DNA of 64,000 bases. Source: Sphagnum compactum (taxonomy: Eukaryota). Position numbers and translations under genes: made by a program. The stretch is from positions 10,778,213-10,842,212 of the forward strand of contig OZ234493.1 in the NCBI GenBank assembly GCA_965153455.1, given 5' to 3'. The notes under the pieces are model-generated. The model had not been told where the DNA came from, did not search any database, and saw only the letters and a list, made by a program, of their open reading frames with translations. Every line of letters starts with the position of its first letter. The first letter of the stretch is position 1. Positions 54,209-64,000 of the stretch are shown here, piece by piece.

Positions 54209-57200
54209 CTATTGAGGCGGAGGTTGGATGTTAACAGGCATTGTCCGCCTTTGTCTTTGTCGCATGTACAACACAGTAAGCAAACAAATAAAGAGGGTGA
54301 CCAGTGTCACATTTCCCTCATCAACAAAGAACCCCATAAATGAGTCCCCAACTTTCATGGCAGTCTCTGGTAGTGAATCCATGGCTTTCACCTGCAGACA
54401 ATCAGAAGCTTGCAGAGAATTAGTGTATGGATAAAATTCCACGTAAACTAGCTTGTAAGACTAATTCATAAGTCCCTATTTAAAGTTGTCAGCTATTCAG
54501 GAAACTTACAATGAAGCTTTTGCCATAATGCTGCCGTAGCCAAAGGCCTGTAAGTGCAAGAGTGACAGGTAAGGCAGCAGCTGGTTCGGTATCAAGAGCT
54601 TGATCATAGTGGCGCTTAGCCAGATGCAGATCCTTAGGCAGGCCCAATCCATGTTCATACATATAGCCCAAATTGAACATAGCTTGTGCATTCTGTTGTG
54701 ATTGTGCCCTTGTGTATGCTGCTGCTGCTCGATCAAGATCTTTCTCAGTCCCCTGTACATGATTTGACAGTCAGAATTGCAGCCAATGACAGTTTCTGAG
54801 AAAACCAGTTTCAGAGAAAGATAATCCCCCCTCTCTGCCTTCAGTTCTCAATCAAAACAGGCACTCTAGTTGCAAAGAATGTTTGATCCCCATGCTAACA
54901 CTGACCATCTAGCTAGTCTGGCTCAGTATGGGTCCTGCAACCCATAAGTATTGCTCGCAATACATGGCAGCTCCATATTCACGTTTCCCACCGGGTTTGA
55001 AACCACAAACTAGCATAGCTAAAAACCTTCACCCAACAGCCACAAGTTTCAAACCTTACAAGGTTGCTTTATGGGTGAAACTCACCCGCCCATAGAAGTA
55101 CGTGTCTCCAATGAGCAGTGCTGCATGCTCATTCCCTTGTTCTGAAGCATAGTGCCATAACATATGTGCCCATTTGTGGCGCTCCGTGTCTGTGCAAAGA
55201 CCTGATTTTCCAAGGCAGATCCCCTCACCATGGTACTTCTCCAAAATCCAGGCTGCATTGCTCTGGGCAGCCTCATAGCCCAGCTCAGCAGCTCGTGAGT
55301 AGAGGAGAAGTGCCTTCCCAATTTGTCCTTTGAGATAGCACTCCAGTGCCCACCGCATCAATGAACCCCATGGGCCTCTCTCTGCCACTACCTTGTACAG
55401 TGCTGCTGCCTACAAAATGATCAAATGATCAAAATAACCAAATCAGAGTATTTAGAAACCCCTGCAGAGTTTCCACCAGAAGCAAGGATCGGGGGAACAA
55501 AGCTGAAGGAGCATGCACATTCTCATACACAAAAGCATTTGTACTTACTGTGGCTACATCCTTCTTCATCCCTGGAATCCCTTTCTGTTGCATCTTAGCA
55601 AGCTGGTAAAATGCTTTTGGGTGTCCCTTATCAGCTGCCATCAAAAAGTTTTTGCAGGCCTCCTTCACATCTTTCTTCACACCCATCCCTTGCAAGTACA
55701 GCACACCCAGGTTGTAATTGCCATGTGAGTCACCTGCCTCTGCAGCTCTTCGAAAGTACTCCTTTGCCTGTTCAGCAAACCAGAAGCCAGACAACGCCAT
55801 CAGAGGTTAGAAATTTTGTTTTGCATGCTTGTGAATTTACTTGCAGGTCATGTCTACATCAGATACCTGCTGCTACAGCAGACTTGCTTGCACTAATGTG
55901 TGGAGGAATCCATACAGCAAATTTGGGACATGATTACCATGGTATGGTTCTTCCCACCAGTCACCCCTTGCCCCTTCACATAAAGATACCCAATCCCATT
56001 GAGGGCTGAATAGTGTTTCTGACGAGCAGCTTGCACAAACCATTCATACGCCCGTGAGTAGTTGCGTTCAACACCATAGCCACATGCATAAATCTCACCA
56101 AGGAGCTCCATTGATCGTGGATCAGACTTCTCTACTGCTTTTAGTAACCAGGTGAGTGCCTTGCTGTGGTCACGGCGGACTCCTCGCAACCCTAAATAAT
56201 AAAATACTCCCAGTCGATACATTGCCTCTGTATATCCCTTATGAGCCTGTATGTCACACAACACCACACGTCTCCAGTACAGGACAGACTGAAAAACAAA
56301 GCAGAATCTGTGCAAAGCCAAGATTCTGTTTGAGAAATTGCCAAAGCAAAACAGCCAATCTCCTTAAGCAGCTAGCTTACACAGAATGAAACAATGGAAC
56401 CAGACATTACCTGATACTCAAGGAACTGAAAATCATCATCATCTTCCCCACGGAATTTCTTCAAGGCAGAGCTTTCTTTGAATCCATCATTCAACCGAAC
56501 TGGCTCCATAAGAGCAATGTCTTTGGAGCTTCTGAAGCTAGCCATTGCAGTTGCAGCAAGCTCCGCATACAATTTCACAGCCTCCTCATGCATCTACAGA
56601 GGCCACATGGCAGATACAAAATTTCTCAGGTCCAGTACCTGGCAAAAAAAAGGCCATGAAGCATAAACCTCTCTTGACTATTGTAGTGTGCTCTTACAGA
56701 TCTTGGAATGTGGAGGCGTCTAGAATCAAGTCATACCTGCCGCCTGGAGTAGCTGTAAGCCAGAGCCATTTTGGATTGGAAGTTCCCTCCTTCAGCTGCA
56801 AAATGGTGGAGCAAAAATGCTTTTGGATTACTCTGTTCTGTACCGTAACCTATTCCGAGCAGAAATGCGAGAGTGGATTGCGCATGAGCATTTCCCTGAT
56901 CTGCATCGGCCTGCAGATGTCTGATGGCTTCACTGAGCACCTGTGGTTCTCCCTCGCTGACTCCTTGAAACATCATTCTTACACCAATTGCATACTGCAC
57001 ATACACACATTTACATTCAAGTCCAGAAGCCAGGCATGTCAGATACAGTGCAAGTATTCTTCTTGGAATCGGCTGCAACTCAAGACGCTCACTATGGATG
57101 CTGCCCTTTCAACAGAGGATTTCACAAAATTCCAGAGTACATGATTACCTCCCTGCCTTGTTTGGAGCTTTCTGGGTTTTCCAGGATTTGGCTCCAGGAA

Positions 57201-57547
57201 CCCGGATCCAGATCGTCGTCCGTCCTATCCTCCGAATCGCCGAATTCATCCCACTCCACAGCGGGTCCTTGACCCGCGTTAGGAGACAATCCCAGCCTCC
57301 CTATCTTGTCCTCCTCTTGCACCTCCTCCTCTTCCGACGCGCCTTCCTCACCACCCAAATCCTCCTCAACATCACTCGTCAAATCCACGGACTCTCTGGA
57401 ATCCTCATCTTCCCAGTCTATCACGAGATTCTTGACCGCCGAAACCGCAGGCAGCAGCAGCAGCAAAACCCAAACAAGGGCCAGCAGCAATAACACAATT
57501 CTAAAGCGCATTACAGTACGCAAATCTCGTTGCAAACTTCGCCCCAT
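54209..57547 (-). CDS. HRD3: ERAD component HRD3/SEL1L (Sel1-like repeat membrane protein); exons 57547-57149, 56994-56737, 56593-56411, 56246-55938, 55767-55549, 55409-55086, 54752-54510, 54391-54209 (~705 aa)
   Basis: Signal peptide; WDEFGDSED...[23 protein letters not shown]; multiple Sel1 repeats; [56 protein letters not shown]-terminal TM segment followed by RQRQRR. Confidence 0.95.
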
Positions 57548-57914
57548 CTCCTTCTATCGTCTTCTTCCTCGCAGCAAACACAGATTCAAACCCTAATCAA
57601 GAATCCCAAGAGAGACCCTTCGCTCGCTACCCTCAAACCCTAAAAGATCTGCTGGAAATCCACACAATCCCAAAATCACCCACCACGATTCTTCCCCATA
57701 AAACATGACGACGACCAAATGGATTGCCGCGCATTACATTGCCGTCGCTTTAATCTCAACAGCTGCCATGATTTTCGTGTCTGAAATTCTCGCATCGCAG
57801 CAACTGATGAAGCTTCTTCTCGCCACCAAATTGCGCCTTGCGCACCAAACCCTAGACCGCGACGAGGACGGTGAAACTTTTTCTATCCCGCTCGGGTAAA
57901 TAAAGAGACCCGGA

Positions 57915-58275
57915 ACCGGACCCGGGTAAAACCATTTCTACCCGCTCGGGCACAGGAGAAATTAAAACCCCATCCGGGTAAGAGAATTGTTTCTACCCGC
58001 TTGGGTGAAAGAGAATTAAAAAATCATCCGGGTAGGAGAATCATTTCTACCCACTTGTTGTGTGAGAGAATTAAAACCCATCCGGGTAAGAGACTTATTC
58101 CTACCCGCATGTTGTGTGAGAGAATCAAAACCCCTCCGGGTAAAAGAAAATATGTCTACCCCTTTGTTGTGTGAGAGAATTAAAAACCCGCCGGGTAAGA
58201 GAATCATTTCTTTCTACCCAAGTGTGTAAGAATCTTTTCAGCTCACTTGGGTAAAAAATCATTTCTACCCACATA
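57915..58275. repeat. Tandem repeat, ~59 bp unit, ~6 copies, upstream of HRD3
   Basis: Units of tttctacccgc(t)tgttgtgtgagagaattaaaacccatccgggtaagagaatc, each with inverted TACCC(G)/CGGGTA motifs. Confidence 0.85.
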
Positions 58276-61200
58276 GGTAATCATAAGATGGATTTTGAGT
58301 GTAACTCGGTAAAACCATTTCGACTCGCTTAGATATCAACTCGTTAATTTGTGAGAATGCGCATGTTATTATGAATAGTTGACACACATGAACATCATCA
58401 AGACTACATTCATCCATTATTCATGGTAGCATGCGCGCTCTTTCAAGTTATTAGATATTAACCATCTTTTGTGAGAATTGCGATGTCCTTTTTCCATCCA
58501 CACAAAAAAAGTAATTATGAAATTTTCATCCAATGGTTGTGAGATCATTAAGCCCATGAAACCATAAGGTGATCCCTTGTGTTAATTAGTAAGTTGTTAA
58601 TGAAACAAAAGTTGAAAGTTAATGGTTGTCACTTGCAATTTTATAACCAATCCAATTGTCAAGCTTCTTGTGAAGGATGGTTATGACAATTAAAACCCTT
58701 AGAGGCAAAAAAATTATTTCTACTTGGTTTAGGTTTTTAAAAAAAAGTTAAACATGTTTCAATTTAACATTGTTAAATGAATCCTTTGAAAGAAATTATA
58801 TATAAAGTAGGGTAGGGTGATAATTAGCTATTCTAAATCATACTCATTTTAGCTTAGTTTCCTAGGTTTCTATACCTATTTAAACCTAGGTTCCTAATTT
58901 TTGAGGTTTTTACTTAATTTAATTTAAATTTTTTTAGCATGTTCATTGTAAACTAACAAGTTACAAGCAATAAGTTCATTACAAAAGCAAGTTCAATACA
59001 AGTAAACAACCAAACGTTCATAACAACACCATCACAAGTAACAATCATGTCATTGTAACAACAAGGTTGTTACAAACAACAATTCCACCATCACAACAAC
59101 AAGGTCACCATAAGCAAAAAAACCCCACTACTACATCAATGAGGTCACCATGAATATTAACTAGGTTGTCACAACAACCAAGTCATGACAACAATGCAAG
59201 TCATCGTAACAATGTATGTCAACGTTGTTGTAGTAAACATACACTTGCATCAACATTACCTCAATTTCGACATGAACTATAATTTAGCTCAACCACTATT
59301 ATTGCGAGAGAAAAAACAATAAACCATAAAGTTTTGTTGGTGTGTTAGAAATTGCACAATTACCAAAAACAATTAAATCATTTAAGGTTCTAGAAAATTT
59401 TGGTGGATTGTCGCAACATTTGCGTGAACACTTTATAAACCAACTTAAAACTCACCACATATCCACATGCCATTTGTATTAGATTTCAAACTGTAAAAAA
59501 TATATGTTGTTAAAGAGTGTATGTGGGATTTGAATAGCTTCACACAAACAAACAAATGTTTGTTTAATAAATTTGATTAACTATATTGAGAAAGCAAGAT
59601 TTTTTATAAACATAAAACAAATAATTTATTTAAATTCAATTTTTCTTTTACATTCATAAATTAATTAAAATGTGCAATACCTAAAATTTAAGTTATGGGT
59701 ATTATGTTTTCAAAAATTTGAAGTTCTACATGCCATTTGACGTAATTTATAAACATCATCATTTTATGCAATTTTTTTTGGTTTTTTCTTGCACAATTTT
59801 TTTTTATCAAATTAATTTTGCATTATTATCAAGGTATGTTGAAACTAGTTAATGTAAAATTGAAGCTTCATATTAGTTCTTTCCATAAATCTTTTGAAAA
59901 TGAGTAGTGTGTATTATACTTGACATAAGATTTATGTTGTTTGTGATTATTTTGTTACATTATGGTAGGTAGTGAAAAGTTTAATATTTTTTTTCTTGAT
60001 TGAGTTATACATTAGGGTTTATGTTATATCTTATTGATTTTTACATTAAGGTTCAAGATGTTGAGTTAGGTATTGAATTATATAATAATTTTATTAGACT
60101 TTCTTTTTTTTCTTGTTTTGATGTAATAATGGCTCCCACCTTTCCAACCTATTTCGTGAATGTGTGAACAAAATTGTTGAAAAAAAAGGTAATTAGAATT
60201 TTGATCATGACAAAAATAGGTTTAAATGCATGTGGCATGTGATTCCATTTTTTCTAAACAAATTCATTAGTTGATAAAATGCACACATAAACATTACAAT
60301 TTTGTGTTCCTAACACAAAACTAGAAACACAAATGTTTAAACATCCATAATGTGTATCCCTTGTTTTAACCTTGTCATCGCTTTTGGGATTATTTGTTTG
60401 ATCATTATCTTTGTTTTACCTTTCGGATTATGTGTTTGGGAAATCCTTCCTCCTATGAATTCCTTTTCAACATTTCACAATTGGAGCCATTTTCATTTGA
60501 ATTTCCATTGTTTAAAATTATTTACCGTTGTGTTTTTTTATTTTTCGTCCCTTCGTTCCACTAAGTCCATACTTCCTTGAATCCTTATTGGTGGTCATGG
60601 TGATTGGGAAATCACCATAGTCTTTTACACACATAGCTTGGTCAAGAACATCCACCACTTGAAAATTTTGTTCCATGTGACTCATCCTCCATAATAAAAT
60701 AAAACAATGTAAGCTTCACCATTCAATTTTTTTTGGATCTTGTTGAGGTATGTAATGATTCATAAATTGATGATCCATGAATGCATATGCATTCTCTTTT
60801 CAAACTAAGTGAACATTAATGGTTTGAGGGGTTTTTGAAGTCTTGAATCTTTTACATTTATTCTTTTTGTATGCCCTTAGATTTATGTTCAAAGACCTTG
60901 AAAAACTCATCCAAAGTTGCAATTACACCCATCGTGGCTTGTGCAAACCATAACATGATTGTAGTAAAATTGGTTGTATTCCTAATGCTTATTTAAACCC
61001 CTATTGATGAGTCAATGGATTGTTCTCCACCTCTTCTTATAAATGTTGGGCTTGTACCCCCAACAATTGCACCTTCCTTGAGTCATGAATTTCATTTTTC
61101 AGTTTTAATGAACTTTAGTTGTTTGGAATTTCAATTTTATGGTTGGAAGTTTTGTTCAATTCTTGTAGATTTGAAATGTTTCATGCTCCAAATGCTAGGG

Positions 61201-63469
61201 CAATAATTCAAATGCCCACCAACCATTAAATGTTGATTTCCTTTGTCATTTTGAACACATTCACATTTTTAAATGTATTCCATTCATTAAAAAAATCCCC
61301 CCAATTTGACTTGAAACCCTATTTCGAACGTATCCAAAATAATTCATCCAATTTTTCCATTTCATTTCAACAACTTTTGCATAAATTAAAAATTTCCAAA
61401 AAAATTGACATTTCACATTTCACACTTAATGTGTCAATTTATTCTTCACATCTCAAAATACATGTTAATGGATATAAATCTCTAGACTAATTGGTTTCAT
61501 AAGCCTTCTAGTGATTGCTAGTTACTAGTGGTACATTTAGTGTCCCTTAACCAAGGGGTGAAGTTAATGGGATTAGGTAGCTCAGGTTAGTGAGTGGTTG
61601 GGGGTAATTCACCAAATCATCTAGGAGATTTTTAGGAAGGGATTAAAATAAGGCCCTATTTTATAGGGGTCAATGTGGGCCTTGTGTGTGGTATGTGGGG
61701 AAGGGGGATAGAGGATGAAGGGATTCATTAGATATTTCTGTGAGATATGGAGAACTCTTATCTTTTGAGAATGATGGGGGGAATGGAGAAAGATGTACGT
61801 ACTTGGTAGGTGATTTTAATGGAAGATGGTTGAAAGACTCGAGTCCCTTGTGTTGCATTGTTATTGTACTAAGTGTGCAAGGTGGAATAGGGCATGTTAT
61901 GTAAATAGGATTTTTTTGGAGTTGATATTTTTGCATTTTTTTCAGACAAAAATTAGTGGGGTTGCCCATGGGTAGCCTTTGGAGCACCGAACTATTGGCT
62001 ACCATAGGAGGGTAGCATCCAATCCTTGGTGGTGGGAATTAAAGAAGGAACATACCAACAAGTTACCCCCTATAGGTTGGAAGGTGCTATTATAGGCAAA
62101 AAGTAGGAACTTAGAGGGAAAATAATTGGTTGCAAAAGGTATAAAATAGAGGAGGGATTTCCTAAAGGTTGAAGGTGATAGGCAAAGCCACCTGAGATTC
62201 AACAAGCAGGGGGGGGGAAGGAGGGACCATAGTGGTAGAAGGGTCTGAAAACCCCCTACACAATATCCTGAGGGCGTTGAAAATACTATAAAATTGAGGA
62301 GAATAACTATTCCCAGGTTCTTTCTTCCATTCTCTTATTATTCCTTTCCCTACATTTTGTTCACTACTTTTAAGTTGAAATTATTTATAGGAAGATAGGT
62401 CGGGTCATGGTTAACAAACCCATATCTTCCTTATTTTTGGTATGATTTCTTACTTCCTGCTTGAGTAGTTGTAGTAAAATAAAATAGGGAAGGTAGTTAT
62501 TTACATGAAGTATTAATAAGGTGTCAACCTTGTCCCTTGGTCTTACCCCCTGGAAAATGGTAATGATTAAAGGCCATAATTTCTACCATCCCATGGATCA
62601 TATTTGGAATAATTTTTGAAAGATGAAATTAATGTTGAACTTGTGAAAATGATTTTCAAGTTCTTGAAAATAGATAGGGGAGAATTGACTATTAGCAAAT
62701 ATAATAGTACCATCTTAAGGAGTGGACAATTTGTAAGATAAAACTGAGAAGGTGCTTGAAAAGAAAGTATCTAAAGGCAACTGCACTTGGAATAAGGAAT
62801 GGAAGGTACTACTACCCTGGAGAAGTAGACAAAGGACCTAGGACTTAATACCCACCAAAAATCGTAAAATAAACCCTAACCCCACATTCTTCAGTCTTAC
62901 TACAAAGTTCATTAAAGGGGAGGGTAACTACTATTAAACAAATAATAGGAGAAATAATTTTATCATATTTTCACAAAGAATCTAAAGTGTTTTTAAATCA
63001 TGAATTGAATAGTAACAAGGGGATATAAGAAAAAAATGGAACAAATCTTAGAAGAGCCATTGGAAACATTGAATGCCAGCTATCTGGAGAGGATAACAAA
63101 GGAAGTGTTACCATCTCGGATAGTTGTTGTGGGTGCTTCCATACCTATTATTAAAATGGAAAGATCTCTAGAAGACCAGGAAATAAATGTCGCCTATTGG
63201 TATCATTCATTGTGGAGGGATACAAAGTCAAAAGTAGAAAGTTCCAACGAAATAGCAAATGGAAATGACCATTCTCCAGTTAGAAAATAAACAAAGAAAA
63301 TGACAAGGGGCGGCCAAGGTGGGTTCTACCCTTAGGAGGATCTTTTACTTGGCTAGTTTCAAGGGCAAGTGGCATAGATGGTGGCAAAAAAAACAGAAAA
63401 AAACTTTAAGATGAAAAAATGGAAAAGGGTAAGCCCATCCTTGGGCGGTATCGCTAGGAATGTCACACC

Positions 63470-63860
63470 ATTTTATTTATTGGACATTTGGCATATGTAG
63501 AGATTTTCATTTGGTTTATTGGACATTTGGCATATGTAGATATTTTCATTTGAGATATTTTGCATTTGGTATATGTAGATATTTGTTATTTGGGATCTTT
63601 TGCATTTGATACATGTAGATAGTTGTCATTTGGGATATTTTGCATTTGGTATATGTAGATATTTGATGTTTGGGATATTTGATATTTGACATTTGGCATA
63701 TTCGACATTTTGATAAATTTGACATTTGTTATATGTGACATTTGGTAGATTTAACATTTGATTTTTGTAGATATTTGGCACTTGGTAGATTTGACATTTG
63801 ATTTTTGTAGATATTTGGCATTTAGTAGATTTGACATTTGATTTTTGTAGATATTTTACA
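63470..63860. repeat. Low-complexity tandem repeat (~40 bp units built on atttgg/gtagatattt)
   Basis: Visible reiteration, e.g. ttgacatttgatttttgtagatatttggca repeated around 63750-63850. Confidence 0.8.
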
Positions 63861-64000
63861 ATATGCCTCGTATCAAATATACTAGTCGTTTTGTAGATGG
63901 TACTATGTCATAGACACATTCATCAATTATCCTAGTCTGCCCAACTTCTACTTTGAGGTGTTTGTATGCTCGTACACCCCTTGCTAACATAATACAAGCT

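Noticed and set aside
5326-57547. Apparent cluster of secretory-pathway genes (RER1, alpha-SNAP, HRD3)
   Set aside because: They are interspersed with unrelated genes and TEs, and such housekeeping genes are common enough for this to be chance.
58400-63460. Probable decayed TE sequence (also 1-3200, 17600-19450, 35500-37340, 41750-44700)
   Set aside because: AT-rich and stop-ridden; no termini or diagnostic motifs could be pinned down well enough to assign a family.

Overview
Eukaryotic, intron-rich land-plant genomic DNA; gene content and repeat style suggest a bryophyte/moss (inference). GC-richer gene islands alternate with AT-rich decayed-transposon tracts. Seven protein-coding genes were reconstructed by hand: RER1 (+), a DUF3511 small protein (-), NUP133 (+), alpha-SNAP (-), a GalT-family ADP-glucose-phosphorylase-like enzyme (-), an uncharacterised beta-strand-rich plant protein (-) and HRD3/SEL1L (-). 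Non-genic highlights: (1) a structurally complete, GC-rich Hermes/hobo-like hAT transposon at 14000-17574 with 13-bp TIRs, a perfect 8-bp TSD and a transposase broken mainly by TAG stops; (2) a chimeric pseudogene fusing a class II TPS last-exon fragment to a plastid ribosomal protein L15 fragment; (3) a decayed Ty1/Copia element with both LTRs; (4) a dispersed hairpin/MITE-like family sharing a loop motif; (5) several minisatellites, one with higher-order structure inside alpha-SNAP intron 1. No rRNA, tRNA or CRISPR array was recognised. Family calls rest on recalled motifs, not database searches.
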